DNA of 64,000 nt from Candidatus Moraniibacteriota bacterium (GTDB taxonomy: Bacteria > Patescibacteriota > Minisyncoccia > Moranbacterales > UBA1568): NCBI GenBank assembly GCA_016699425.1, contig CP064975.1, forward strand, positions 718,098 through 782,097. Reading direction: 5' to 3'. A model generated the notes under the pieces. The model did no database searches. It saw only the letters and a program-made list of their open reading frames with translations, and was not told the origin of the DNA. Shown here in pieces: positions 19,151 to 29,539 of the stretch. The translations under genes were made by a program, and so were the position numbers. Positions within the stretch are counted from its first letter, which is position 1. Each line of letters begins with the position of its first letter.

Positions 19151-19421
19151 TTCATAACTGATAGACTGAGATCAGTTAACTTCCCTGCGGAGTCCAGAGC
19201 GCGAGCCGGATATTTGAGGGAACTCTACCGCTATGATGGAACTCTTCCACAATCGTCGCTGCACCCATCAAGTTTGATTGGTGTTTTTATTTTCTGAAAT
19301 TTTCAATTTACAATTCTCAATTTTCAAACAATGACGCAATTTTTGGATTCTCCAATTGAACACTTGATCTATTTGGAAATTGATTGAAAATTAGAAATTG
19401 ATAATTGGAAATTGCATTCCT

Positions 19422-22400
19422 ATGTCCTTCACCCATCTCCACGTCCACTCACACTACACGCTCCTCACCGCGCTCCCGACACCGGATCAGCTCATTCATC
19501 GTGCAAAGGAGCTCGGGATGACATCGCTCGCGCTCACCGATACCTCGGCGCTCTATGCCGCCGTCGAATTTTACAGTCATGCGAAGGAACTCGGGATTAA
19601 GCCCATCCTCGGCGCCGAGATCTGGGTGTCCAAAGACCTCCACAGCAAGAACAACACCGCCGAAGACCGCCGCCGCAATCAACTCGTCCTCCTGGTGAAA
19701 AATGAGACAGGGTACAAGAACCTGATGAAAATCATCTCGATTGCGCAGCTCGAGGGCTTCTACTACAAGGCGCGGGCGGACAAGGACCTCCTCCGGCAGC
19801 ACCACGAAGGCCTCATCGCGCTCTCTGGGTCGCTCCAGGGCGAAGTGCCGGCCGAGACGATTTATGGCAATGTGGAACGCGCCAAGACAATCGCACTCGA
19901 GTATCAGGAGATCTTTGGCCCCGGCAATTTCTACCTGGAAATCCAACCGCACCTCGACTACGAAAACCAGATGGTCGCGAACCAAGGGCTGATCCAGATC
20001 GCGCGCGAGACCGGTATCCCACTCGTCGCGACGAACGATGTCCACTATATCCACCCCGAGGACGCCGAGACTCAGGACGTCCTCCTCGCCATCCGTGACA
20101 ACAAACGTGTGACCGACACTGAGCGCTTCAGCATGAAGGCGTTCGATCTCTCGTTCCGCAGTGAATCCGAGATGCGTGAACTCTTCCACGACATCCCCGA
20201 GGCCGTCGACAACACAGAAGTGATCGCCGCGCAGTGTGACTTCACACTGAAAATGGGCGAGAACCAGCTCCCCTCTTTCCCTCTGCCTGCCGGCACCAGC
20301 GCGGACGCCTACCTCCGTGAACTCTGCAAGGCTGGACTGACCAAACGCTATCCCGGCGAAACGATCACGCCAGAGCAAGAGGAACGTATGAACTATGAAT
20401 TGTCCGTCATCGAAAAGACTGGCTTCGCGTCTTACTTCCTCATCGTGGCTGACTTCGTGAACTGGGCCAAGGACAACGGCGTCGTCGTCGGTCCGGGCCG
20501 CGGTTCGGCCGCTGGTTCGTTCGTCGCCTACCTCACGGGTATCACCAACCTCGACCCGATCAAGTACAATCTCCTCTTTGAACGCTTCCTCAACCCGGAA
20601 CGCATCTCCATGCCGGACGTCGACATGGACTTCGCCGATACGCGTCGCGAGGACGTGCTCAACTACGTCCGACAGAAATATGGTGCTGATCATGTCGCCC
20701 AGATCATCACCTTTGGGACCATGGCCGCCCGCGGCAGTATCCGCGATGTCGGCCGGGCACTCGGCATCCCGCTTGAGCTCTGTGACCGAACCGCCAAGAT
20801 GATTCCGATGTTTACCTCGATCGAAGAAGCGCTCGAAGGTGTGCCGGAATTCCAAGCCCACTACAACGGCTCGGCGGAAGTGAAGCGACTGGTCGACGCC
20901 GCGAAAAAAATTGAAGGTCTGGCCCGTCACGCTTCGATGCATGCCTGCGGTGTCGTCATCACCAAAGACCCCGTCACTGAGTACACGCCGCTCCAACGCG
21001 TGGCCGGCGGTGTCGATGCCGTCGTCACCCAATACGCTGCTTCAACCAAAGCCAACGCCGTCGAAAAAATCGGCCTCCTGAAGATGGACTTTCTGGGACT
21101 CAAAAACCTGACTATCATCGAGAACACACTCAAGATCGCGAAGAAGATCGGCAAGGAAGTACCCGACATCGAAAAGCTCCTGCTCGATGATGCGGCCAGT
21201 TACAAAGTTTTGCAGGATGCACATACGACAGGCGTCTTCCAGCTCGAATCGACTGGCATGAAGCGTTATCTGAAGCAGCTGAAACCGACTGTCTTCGAAG
21301 ATATCATCGCGATGGTCGCCCTGTACCGCCCGGGTCCGATGGAGTATATCCCCGACTTCATCGCCGGCAAACACGGCACCCGTGAGGTGAAGTACCTGCA
21401 TCCCCTGCTCGAGCCGATCTTGAAGAACACCTACGGTGTTGCTGTCTACCAGGAACAACTCATGCAGATCGCGCGTGATCTCGCCGGTTTCACCCTCGGC
21501 GAAGCGGATGTATTGCGGAAAGCCGTCGGTAAAAAGATCAAAGAGCTCGTCGATGGCCAGCGGGTGAAGTTCGTCGAAGGCTGCGAGAAAACTGGCGTCG
21601 GTCGCGCGATCGGCGAAAAAGTCTTCGCCTTCATCGAACCATTCGCAGGCTATGGCTTCAACCGCTCCCACGCCGCTTGTTATGCGCTCATCGGGTATCA
21701 GACCGCGTACTTGAAGGCTCATTTCCCCGCCGAATTCATGGCTGCGCTCCTCACCAGCGACCAGGGCGATACCGACCGTATCGCCATCGAGGTCCGTGAG
21801 GCACGCGAAATCGGCATCGATGTCCTTCCACCAGATGTTAATGAGAGCTTTGACACCTTTGCTGTCATCAAGGGCGACGACAATCAGGAGCATATCCGCT
21901 TCGGATTGAATGCGATCAAAAATGTCGGCACCTTGGCGGCAGAGGAAATCGTCGCCGAACGCAAACGTGGTGGCAAGTACACCTCGCTCGAAAACTTCAT
22001 GGAGCGAGTCCAAACCAAAGATCTCAACAAGCGTACAATCGAAGCCCTCGCCAAAGTTGGCGCCTTTGATTCACTCTCGGAACGCCGAACCGTGCTCGAT
22101 AATCTCGACGCCATCCTCACTCATGGTCGCGAGCTCCGCACACTGAAAGCCACCCATGGTCAAAGTCTCTTCGGCGATATGCCGCTCCCAGAGATGAGAA
22201 TCCCCTTGAAAGAGACTATTCACTCAACGAAACGTGAACGACTCGCCTGGGAAAAAGAACTCCTCGGCCTCTACGTCACCGATCATCCGATGACTGAATA
22301 TGCTGAGTACCTGAAAAAAGCTGCTACCGAGATTGGCCGTCTCGAAAAAACACCGGACGGCAAGCGGGTCACGGTGGGCGGCGTCATCACGAGCGCCCGA

Positions 22401-22901
22401 AAATCGCTTTCAAAATCAGGTCAACCGCTCTACTTCGTCACCATTGAAGACATGACCGGCCGCATCGATATCCTCGTCTTTGGCAAGACAGCCGAACGCG
22501 TCGCAGGACTCTTGAACGAAGACGAGATCGTCATGATTGACCTGAAAGTCGCACGCAAAGACGGGTTGCTCCGGCTCGCCGCCGATGATGTGCGCCGCAT
22601 GGATATGGAGACGGTCGCTGGCTTTGACCGCGTGACGAAAACCCATGAGAAATACCAGCACGGCAAAGCAGCAGAACCACGGTTGCCCAAGGTCTGCCTC
22701 ACTATCCACTGCGCGGATACGGCCGACTCACGCCTCTTCGATGAGATCGGTAAAACGCTCCGTCATCTCCCACCTGGCCCGGTCGGCGTGACACTGCGGC
22801 TCCTCGGACAGACTATCGCCACTTCATTTTCCATCGAACGGACCGATGAGACTATCCAAATGCTCGCCGCTCTGCCCGGAGTGACCAAAGTTGAAGGGTG
22901 A
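19422..22901 (+). CDS. dnaE: DNA polymerase III alpha subunit
   Basis: The PHP domain begins MSFTHLHVHSHYTLLTALPTP. The protein is 1160 aa with polymerase palm/fingers motifs and an OB domain. Confidence 0.95.
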   Translation: MSFTHLHVHSHYTLLTALPTPDQLIHRAKELGMTSLALTDTSALYAAVEFYSHAKELGIKPILGAEIWVSKDLHSKNNTAEDRRRNQLVLLVKNETGYKNLMKIISIAQLEGFYYKARADKDLLRQHHEGLIALSGSLQGEVPAETIYGNVERAKTIALEYQEIFGPGNFYLEIQPHLDYENQMVANQGLIQIARETGIPLVATNDVHYIHPEDAETQDVLLAIRDNKRVTDTERFSMKAFDLSFRSESEMRELFHDIPEAVDNTEVIAAQCDFTLKMGENQLPSFPLPAGTSADAYLRELCKAGLTKRYPGETITPEQEERMNYELSVIEKTGFASYFLIVADFVNWAKDNGVVVGPGRGSAAGSFVAYLTGITNLDPIKYNLLFERFLNPERISMPDVDMDFADTRREDVLNYVRQKYGADHVAQIITFGTMAARGSIRDVGRALGIPLELCDRTAKMIPMFTSIEEALEGVPEFQAHYNGSAEVKRLVDAAKKIEGLARHASMHACGVVITKDPVTEYTPLQRVAGGVDAVVTQYAASTKANAVEKIGLLKMDFLGLKNLTIIENTLKIAKKIGKEVPDIEKLLLDDAASYKVLQDAHTTGVFQLESTGMKRYLKQLKPTVFEDIIAMVALYRPGPMEYIPDFIAGKHGTREVKYLHPLLEPILKNTYGVAVYQEQLMQIARDLAGFTLGEADVLRKAVGKKIKELVDGQRVKFVEGCEKTGVGRAIGEKVFAFIEPFAGYGFNRSHAACYALIGYQTAYLKAHFPAEFMAALLTSDQGDTDRIAIEVREAREIGIDVLPPDVNESFDTFAVIKGDDNQEHIRFGLNAIKNVGTLAAEEIVAERKRGGKYTSLENFMERVQTKDLNKRTIEALAKVGAFDSLSERRTVLDNLDAILTHGRELRTLKATHGQSLFGDMPLPEMRIPLKETIHSTKRERLAWEKELLGLYVTDHPMTEYAEYLKKAATEIGRLEKTPDGKRVTVGGVITSARKSLSKSGQPLYFVTIEDMTGRIDILVFGKTAERVAGLLNEDEIVMIDLKVARKDGLLRLAADDVRRMDMETVAGFDRVTKTHEKYQHGKAAEPRLPKVCLTIHCADTADSRLFDEIGKTLRHLPPGPVGVTLRLLGQTIATSFSIERTDETIQMLAALPGVTKVEG

Positions 22902-22948
22902 CCGCCAAGCCTTCCCGAAATCCAGTATCTAGGATATACTCATCGCTT

Positions 22949-23905
22949 ATGGAAAAACCACCCATCATCGTCATCGTCGGGCCGACTGCTTCCGGCAAGT
23001 CCGCCTTGGCCATCGCTCTCGCACGAGAGCTTGGTGGTGAGATCGTATCCGCTGACAGCCGCCAAGTCTATCGCGGTATGGATATCGGCACCGGCAAAGT
23101 GCCTCGCGACAAAGGAGCGAGGCATCCTGAGCGTGTCGAAGGATCTGGTAAGAATAATGCACTGCCCTTTTACTCTCAGGGCATTCCTCATCACCTGATC
23201 GACATCGCCAATCCGAAAATCGAATACAATGTGTCTCACTTCCTCGCTGATGCAACGAAAGCGATTGTCGACATCGAGGCGCGTGGCAAACGTGTAATCA
23301 TCTGCGGCGGCACGACCTTTTGGATCGAAGCGCTCATGTTGGGCTTGCCGATCCCCAAAGTTGTACCCGATCAAGTCTTCCGCGAGAAGTGGGGCAAGAA
23401 GGACGCTGGTGAACTCTATGGTTACCTGAAACGCCTCGACCCCGAGCGCGCGAAGACGATTGATAAGAAGAACAAGCTCCGACTCCTCCGGGCCATCGAG
23501 ATTGCCAAAGCCCTCGGCAAAGTCCCTCCTCTCTCACCTACCAGCTACCAGCTACAAGCTACCCGCTATATTGTCATCGGCCTCAATCCACCCGTCGAGG
23601 AATTGAACAAGAAGATCCGCGAACGCCTCATGGGGTGGATGAAAGCTGGCCTTGTCAACGAAGTAATAAAACTCAACCGCAGCGGCATCTCTTATGAGCG
23701 TTTGGAATCCTTTGGACTGGAATACCGCGCTGTCACGAGATACATCCAGAAGAAGATCACTGATGCCGAGCTCTATACCAATCTCCCCTACGACATCATC
23801 CACTATGCCAAACGCCAGCGCTCCTCGCTCCGCCGCCTCGAAAAGCAAGGTATCACGATCCATTGGATCGAAAACATACAACAGGCTATGAGTCTGGTGA
23901 AATGA
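22949..23905 (+). CDS. miaA: tRNA dimethylallyltransferase
   Basis: MEKPPIIVIVGPTASGKSALAIALARELGGEIVSADSRQVYRGMDIGTGK. An alternative GTG start at 22898 overlaps the dnaE stop (GTGA). Confidence 0.9.
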   Translation: MEKPPIIVIVGPTASGKSALAIALARELGGEIVSADSRQVYRGMDIGTGKVPRDKGARHPERVEGSGKNNALPFYSQGIPHHLIDIANPKIEYNVSHFLADATKAIVDIEARGKRVIICGGTTFWIEALMLGLPIPKVVPDQVFREKWGKKDAGELYGYLKRLDPERAKTIDKKNKLRLLRAIEIAKALGKVPPLSPTSYQLQATRYIVIGLNPPVEELNKKIRERLMGWMKAGLVNEVIKLNRSGISYERLESFGLEYRAVTRYIQKKITDAELYTNLPYDIIHYAKRQRSSLRRLEKQGITIHWIENIQQAMSLVK

Positions 23906-23958
23906 AAACGTGCCCTCAGCCGTTTGGCTTGGGCACGGTGGAACATCGATGACTACAG

Positions 23959-24318
23959 CTAACCATCCTCCCGGTTGCGATAGGCAATCACTTGATCACG
24001 ATAGGCTGGAAAGTCTGGGTCGTAGGCAATGCCACAACACCGGCAGGAACATGCCACCCGCTCGCGCATCGGATTCGATGCATCAAGCCTTACTTCCTCT
24101 GGTGAACAGGCGAGTACGAACTCAGAAATGTACTGAATTGAACCACCACAACCTTTATGCTCGCCGACGACCAACGTCACTTTTTCCGATTGCTGTCGCT
24201 CGCGGCGCTTGCGCTTTGCCTCGGCGGCAGCAAATTCCTCCTGCCACCGAGCAACGGCATCCGGCGAAACAGGTTCGGCGAGAAATTTCAGATCTACTTC
24301 CGTAGTATCCTCTGACAT
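23959..24318 (-). CDS. Hypothetical Cys-rich small protein (CGGS…ACS…CSCRCCG), possibly a Zn-binding domain
   Basis: Cysteine clustering in an ORF of about 120 aa. No recognisable motif. Confidence 0.35.
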   Translation of the reverse strand: MSEDTTEVDLKFLAEPVSPDAVARWQEEFAAAEAKRKRRERQQSEKVTLVVGEHKGCGGSIQYISEFVLACSPEEVRLDASNPMRERVACSCRCCGIAYDPDFPAYRDQVIAYRNREDG

Positions 24319-24397
24319 CCTGTTCTCCTCCTGATATGGGATGATTCCCAACCCAAACCTACACTCAAAGCCGGAATATTACAAGCCTAATCCGATC

Positions 24398-24994
24398 CTA
24401 TGTAAGTTGGTGAATATCCTCAACAAGTTCGGGAAATTCCTCCTGGAGAAAATGGCCTCTATCTTTGAAAATACGAACCATCGCATTCGGCAAGTCGAAC
24501 TGGTACGCCGCGAAATCCGAAAACGGAACGATCGGATCATCCTCACTCTGGTAAAGGTGAATGGAGACACCCGAGGTAGCAAGTCCTTTGAGTCCATCTT
24601 CGATCGCGAAATCAGTAAGTGAATACTCCTCACTGTCTTTATACGGCGATGCAACCAGAAAGAGCGCTTTTAATTTTTCAAACGCTCGCTCCTCAGAAAA
24701 ATATTTAGCAAGGAATACGCCGCCGAGCGAGTGTCCGACGAATATCGTTTCACCAGAAAGAAGCGGGAGAAGCTTCTCGAAAATGATCTTCCACTCGAGA
24801 TACTTTGCATTATCCAAACACGGCATACGAAGTGATAAGACTTCATATTCGTCGCCAAGGGCAGAGCCGAGTACTGACTTCCACCCTTTCCCCCTCAGGC
24901 GTTCCAAATCAATCGTACGACCACGAAGTGCTACGAGATACTCGTCATACGTATCAAACGTATGGGCGCCGCCAATGACTACTACTTGTTGCAT
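24398..24994 (-). CDS. Alpha/beta-fold serine hydrolase (YdeN/RBBP9-like)
   Basis: GHSLGG nucleophile elbow. The protein is about 198 aa and shows downstream Asp/His. Confidence 0.6.
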   Translation of the reverse strand: MQQVVVIGGAHTFDTYDEYLVALRGRTIDLERLRGKGWKSVLGSALGDEYEVLSLRMPCLDNAKYLEWKIIFEKLLPLLSGETIFVGHSLGGVFLAKYFSEERAFEKLKALFLVASPYKDSEEYSLTDFAIEDGLKGLATSGVSIHLYQSEDDPIVPFSDFAAYQFDLPNAMVRIFKDRGHFLQEEFPELVEDIHQLT

Positions 24995-24996
24995 AC

Positions 24997-26472
24997 TTAG
25001 ACCGCCAGTTTTTTCACCAGCAGCTCTTTCGCCACGCCTGGATTAGCTTTCCCTTTCGTTTCCTTCATCACCTGGCCGACCAGGTACTGGAGCGCATTCT
25101 GTTTGCCGGCTTTGTAGTCAGCGACTGACTGGACATTGTTCGCCAGGATAGTATCGACAATAGTTTCAAGTTCGCCCGCATCACTCATCTGCACGAGATT
25201 GAGCCGCTCAATGATATGCGATGGATCATTGTCCTCGCCCTGGTACATCTCGTACAGAACCGTCTGAGCAGCACTCGAGTTGATCACTCCATCAGCAACG
25301 ATGGTGATGAACTCGGCATAGTTTTCTGGCGTGATGACGAACTTCTCGATCGCCACCCCCGTTTCAGACAGATGTTTCCTGACTTCGGTGATGAAATAGT
25401 TGGCCCCGAGCTTCACTAGTTTGGACAGTTCGGCTTTCGTCTCGCCAGCGTCTTGCTTGGCACCGAACTCACTCACGACCGCCTCAAAATACGAGGCGAC
25501 CTCTTTGTCTTCGGTGATAATGTCTGCATCCGAGTCCGACAAGCCGAATTCCGTCATGAAACGAGTTCGTTTCGCATCTGGCAACTCCGGCAAAGACGCT
25601 CTCAACTGCTTGATGTACTCACCAGAAAAATCAAACGGCGGGATATCCGGCTCAGGGAAATACCGGTAGTCATGGGCTGATTCTTTCTTGCGCTGGGAGA
25701 CAGTTGCGTTCCGATTTTCGTCCCAACCGCGAGTTTCCTGCACGATCTTTTCGCCCCGCTCGAGTGCCTCCGTCTGGCGGACGATCTCATACTCGATCGC
25801 GCGTTCGACCGCCTTGAATGAATTGATATTCTTCACCTCGACTTTGGTCCCCGACAAGCGGTCTGCCCCGGCCTCATGCAGTGAGATGTTTACTTCGCAG
25901 CGCATCTGCCCCTTCTCCATGTCAGCATCCGAGACGTCGAGATAGCGGAGGATCTGTTGCAGTTTCTGACAAAACGCGCGGGCGTCTTTGGCCGTGCTGA
26001 AATCCGGCTCCGTCACGAGCTCCATGAGGGGCAGTCCGGCGCGATTGTAGTCGACGAGCGTATGGTCCGCTCCGGCCGGGTGCGTCAATTTTCCGGTATC
26101 TTCCTCCAAGTGGATGCGAGTGATATTGAACGGTTTGCCATCGATCTCCATCGTCCCCCGCCCGCAGAATGGCTCATCGAATTGTGAGATCTGATACCCC
26201 TTCGGCAGATCCGGATAGAAATAGTTCTTGCGGTCGAATTTCGAGTGGAAACTGAGTGCACAATTCAGCGCCAGGCCGACTCTCTGAACCGATCGGATTG
26301 CTTCCTGATTGGGCACCGGCAAGGCGCCCGGCTGCCCTGTGCAGACATGGCAGATGTGGACATTCGGTTCGGTCTCGAGCCCGAGGCCATTCGCGCAGCG
26401 GCAAAACATCTTGGAAGCAGTTTTCAGCTCCGCGTGGACTTCCATGCCGATAGTCGGTTCATATTGTGCCAT
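24997..26472 (-). CDS. gatB: Asp/Glu-tRNA amidotransferase subunit B
   Basis: MAQYEPTIGMEVHAELKTASKMFCRC…HICHVCTGQPGALP is GatB, with a C-terminal GatB/YqeY domain. Confidence 0.9.
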   Translation of the reverse strand: MAQYEPTIGMEVHAELKTASKMFCRCANGLGLETEPNVHICHVCTGQPGALPVPNQEAIRSVQRVGLALNCALSFHSKFDRKNYFYPDLPKGYQISQFDEPFCGRGTMEIDGKPFNITRIHLEEDTGKLTHPAGADHTLVDYNRAGLPLMELVTEPDFSTAKDARAFCQKLQQILRYLDVSDADMEKGQMRCEVNISLHEAGADRLSGTKVEVKNINSFKAVERAIEYEIVRQTEALERGEKIVQETRGWDENRNATVSQRKKESAHDYRYFPEPDIPPFDFSGEYIKQLRASLPELPDAKRTRFMTEFGLSDSDADIITEDKEVASYFEAVVSEFGAKQDAGETKAELSKLVKLGANYFITEVRKHLSETGVAIEKFVITPENYAEFITIVADGVINSSAAQTVLYEMYQGEDNDPSHIIERLNLVQMSDAGELETIVDTILANNVQSVADYKAGKQNALQYLVGQVMKETKGKANPGVAKELLVKKLAV

Positions 26473-26541
26473 AGTGTTACTCTGATTGCTTAGTGTACTC
26501 TGCGGCAGCCCAGGCGTCCAGCGGGCTCTGTGGCATAACAT

Positions 26542-26994
26542 TTATGCACTCGACTCCATCGTCTGCTCCGGTCTGCCATATTCGGGCAATATGCCCAATT
26601 CGTGGAAAAGTTTTGTGCTGGGCCGCGTGAAGAGATACGTTCCCAGATCGCCACGATCGATCCAGCGGATTTCAGTGATATCGTCAGCCGCCCGCGTTGT
26701 TTCGGAAACACACCGTGCCCAATATACCAAGAACACATAGTGTGTCATCACGCCATGCTTATTTGGCTCATAGTCTTCATCAAAGGAAACACGCCTGACC
26801 TCGGCAAGTTCAATCCCCGCTTCCTCTCTAATCTCTCGGCGTAAGGCCTCCTCGCAGCTCTCTTCACCCAACTTCACCCCGCCACCGAGCAAGTGCCAGG
26901 TATTCGGGTACGGGCCGATGTCCCGTGGCTTCTGGCCGAAGAGATACTTCCCGTCTTTCTCGACAATCGCCGTCACGATAACGCGAGACTCCAT
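26542..26994 (-). CDS. Nudix hydrolase
   Basis: Nudix box GGGVKLGEESCEEALRREIREEAGIE. Confidence 0.8.
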   Translation of the reverse strand: MESRVIVTAIVEKDGKYLFGQKPRDIGPYPNTWHLLGGGVKLGEESCEEALRREIREEAGIELAEVRRVSFDEDYEPNKHGVMTHYVFLVYWARCVSETTRAADDITEIRWIDRGDLGTYLFTRPSTKLFHELGILPEYGRPEQTMESSA

Positions 26995-27006
26995 AGCGAG
27001 TTGAAA

Positions 27007-27561
27007 TCAAGACTGTCCAATTCGACCGACCGCGCGATCCAAAGCGGCGTGCAATTCGGAAATCTCACCTTCATTCACAATCATGAAATCAGCCAGTGCG
27101 ATTGGCGTCCCCTGCGTAAGTCGATTAAGTTGCGCCCAGTCACGCTCTTCGGATTCTTGGAGTGTTAGTGGTCGCTCGGGTCGGGTGAGAAGCCGTTGAT
27201 GACGAATAGATGGCCGCGTGTGGATTGCGATGGTGAGAAAATCATCTTTAAAACGATCTTTGAACACTCGATATTCTGGCGCACTATAAAAACTTTCAAG
27301 GAGAATTACTTCTGCGTCGAGTAGGGCCTCAACTTTCTTTACTGCCTCGCGAGCATAATAATCATCACCGTGCAGGTTACGGAGATCCTCGCGCACCAAT
27401 CGCTCATTCGCCTGATTGCGTTCAAGTCCCCGTCGTTCCATCTCGTCAAAGGTCGGCTGAGCGAAATAAATCTTCGGCCACTGATACTTTGTCATCAGAT
27501 ATTCGATCGCTTCTGATTTCCCGCCTCCTGGCATTCCGAGCACCGCGACAATTTTCGGCAT
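27007..27561 (-). CDS. P-loop nucleoside/nucleotide kinase (putative (d)NMP kinase)
   Basis: Walker A VAVLGMPGGGKSEA. The protein is 184 aa and sits within a nucleotide-metabolism cluster. Confidence 0.5.
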   Translation of the reverse strand: MPKIVAVLGMPGGGKSEAIEYLMTKYQWPKIYFAQPTFDEMERRGLERNQANERLVREDLRNLHGDDYYAREAVKKVEALLDAEVILLESFYSAPEYRVFKDRFKDDFLTIAIHTRPSIRHQRLLTRPERPLTLQESEERDWAQLNRLTQGTPIALADFMIVNEGEISELHAALDRAVGRIGQS

Positions 27562-27570
27562 AGACGTTCG

Positions 27571-28080
27571 TTAATTCTTTTCCAATGTGAGGTACGTCAG
27601 ACGGTACCCAGATTCTTCAAAATCCTCCGATGTCACCACTGTTCCGAAGGATGCCGCATACTCCGGGAAAAAAGCGTCCCCGTCTATTATGGCGTGGACC
27701 ACCGTCAGATACAAGCGGTCAGCCTGGGACAAGGCTTCAGTATAGATCTGTCCGCCACCGCAGATGAACACCTCCTCGGTCTCGATGGCCCGCGCCCGCT
27801 CAAGTGCTTCAGCTAAGCTCCCGACAACGACACACCCCGGGATCTCGCGGCCTGTGTCGCGGGTGATGACGATATTGGTCCGACCCGGCAGTGGCCGCCC
27901 GATGGACTCGTAAGTCTTCCGCCCCATGATGATCACATGTCCGAGGGTGCGTTCCTTGAAACGGCGCCAGTCATCTTTCAAATGCCACGGGATCTTGCCA
28001 GCATTCCCGATGACTCGGTTTTCAGAGATTGCCGCGATGATGCTGAGACGTGGTGTAGGCATATCCTTCGAAAAGTCCAT
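27571..28080 (-). CDS. folA: Dihydrofolate reductase
   Basis: LSIIAAISENRVIGNAGKIPWHLKDDWRRFKERTLGHVIIMGRKTYESIG. Confidence 0.9.
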   Translation of the reverse strand: MDFSKDMPTPRLSIIAAISENRVIGNAGKIPWHLKDDWRRFKERTLGHVIIMGRKTYESIGRPLPGRTNIVITRDTGREIPGCVVVGSLAEALERARAIETEEVFICGGGQIYTEALSQADRLYLTVVHAIIDGDAFFPEYAASFGTVVTSEDFEESGYRLTYLTLEKN

Positions 28081-28523
28081 TACTTCTTCAACGCAACACT
28101 ATATCCTCTATTGATCGCTTTCTCTATATTCGGAAGAAGATTCCCAAGCGATCCTACATCATGTATGTTCGTCCACTGTGGACTCGTCTCCCCTGAACCC
28201 CTGAGATCCCCCACATAGTGAGTACAAAGGTATGCATCCATCGTGAAGTGCTTCACTCCCTCTTTCTGTTGAATACGCGCTTCATACTGACTGAGAAAGA
28301 TCATGTCTGTAGATGAGGCAGTAAGCCCAGTCTCTTCTTGTAATTCACGTACGCCGGCATCGATGTTCTTTTCTCCGACTTGAACCCTCCCAGCCGGAAG
28401 ACCAAATGTCCCTGTCACATGATGTGCGCCTGGTAAATGTTCTACCAAACAGACTAGCTCAGGGTTATCATTCTTAAAAACAACTACGGCTACTGTCGGA
28501 ATAATAGCCAATTCCTCGCTCAT
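28080..28523 (-). CDS. Nudix hydrolase (second copy)
   Basis: Nudix box GLPAGRVQVGEKNIDAGVRELQEETG. Confidence 0.8.
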   Translation of the reverse strand: MSEELAIIPTVAVVVFKNDNPELVCLVEHLPGAHHVTGTFGLPAGRVQVGEKNIDAGVRELQEETGLTASSTDMIFLSQYEARIQQKEGVKHFTMDAYLCTHYVGDLRGSGETSPQWTNIHDVGSLGNLLPNIEKAINRGYSVALKK

Positions 28524-29530
28524 AACTTATTTTGCTTTTCCTCTTCTTCCTGTTTTCCCTTCAGATACGCCTCCCAGTTCTTCGAGCGCAGCCCGCCCGC
28601 TACCTTGAGCTCGGCCTTGATCGCCGGATGTGGATCATAGCCCGAGAGGACAGCATGTTCCGGTCGGAAGTCATCGATGTCCTTCACACTCGGATCGATA
28701 GTGACGGTCGGGAAAGGCCGCGGCAGACGGCTAAGCTGCTCGCGTGCCTGATCCATGTGGTTCTCATAGACGTGCACATCACCCAACGTGTGGATGAATT
28801 CCCCTGGTTCGGTCCCAGTCGCCCGGGCCAAGACATGTGCGAGGAGCGCATAGCTCGCGATATTGAACGGCACACCGAGGAAGATGTCCGCACTCCGCTG
28901 ATAGAGGTGGAGTGAGAGCTTTCCGTTCTTGATATTGCACTGATACATATTGTGACAAATCGGGAAACGTGCCGCCTCGTCCGGCTTCGCCATCGCATAC
29001 AGGTACTCGGGATTCCAGGAATTGACGAGGGTGTTGTGCGCATCCGGGTCCTCGCGGAGTTCATTCACCAGCCAGCGGACCTGGTCCACGGTCCGGCCAT
29101 CTTTGGCGGGCCAGCGGCGCCACATTTCGCCATAGATATGCCGCAAATTACCATGCTTTTCGGCGAAGTCATCATCCGCCACGAGCTTGGCTATGAACTC
29201 TTCCTTTGTCATTTCCGGTTCAGTCCCGGCCGCCATCTTCTCTCGATAGATCTTGTACGGGTAATCATCCCAGATGTGTACATTGTTCTCGGCTAGGTAC
29301 CGCACATTGGATTGGCCCGAGAGGAACCAGTACAGCTCGTACAACAACCCCTTCCAATAGACTTTCTTGGTTGTCAAAAGCGGAAATCCCTCAGACAAAT
29401 CAAAACGAATCTGCCGGCCGAAAAGACTGTACGTTACTGCATCCGTTCCCTTGTCCTCCTGCCTGACGCCTTTGTCCAAGATTTCCTGCACCAGGTCGAG
29501 ATACTGATATTCCGGGTGTCTTTTTTCCAT
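28520..29530 (-). CDS. thyA: Thymidylate synthase ThyA, long form (336 aa) with a K/E-rich tail
   Basis: GFPLLTTKKVYWKGLLYELYWFLSG…PICHNMYQ…LYQRSADIFLGVPFNIASYALL. The catalytic Cys is present and the substrate-specificity Asn is retained. Confidence 0.9.
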   Translation of the reverse strand: MEKRHPEYQYLDLVQEILDKGVRQEDKGTDAVTYSLFGRQIRFDLSEGFPLLTTKKVYWKGLLYELYWFLSGQSNVRYLAENNVHIWDDYPYKIYREKMAAGTEPEMTKEEFIAKLVADDDFAEKHGNLRHIYGEMWRRWPAKDGRTVDQVRWLVNELREDPDAHNTLVNSWNPEYLYAMAKPDEAARFPICHNMYQCNIKNGKLSLHLYQRSADIFLGVPFNIASYALLAHVLARATGTEPGEFIHTLGDVHVYENHMDQAREQLSRLPRPFPTVTIDPSVKDIDDFRPEHAVLSGYDPHPAIKAELKVAGGLRSKNWEAYLKGKQEEEEKQNKL

Positions 29531-29539
29531 AGTTATTTC

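Noticed and set aside
19449-22013. Long minus-strand ORFs (527 aa and 323 aa) opposite dnaE
   Set aside because: Antisense to an unambiguous dnaE. Their composition is Arg/Gly/Asp/Val-rich with no motifs. High GC suppresses stop codons on the opposite strand.
28520-29530. Possibility that the long ThyA homolog is a phage-like dCMP or dUMP hydroxymethylase
   Set aside because: The specificity-determining Asn of thymidylate synthase is retained in PFNIASYALL. Hydroxymethylases have Asp here. The catalytic Cys context also matches ThyA.
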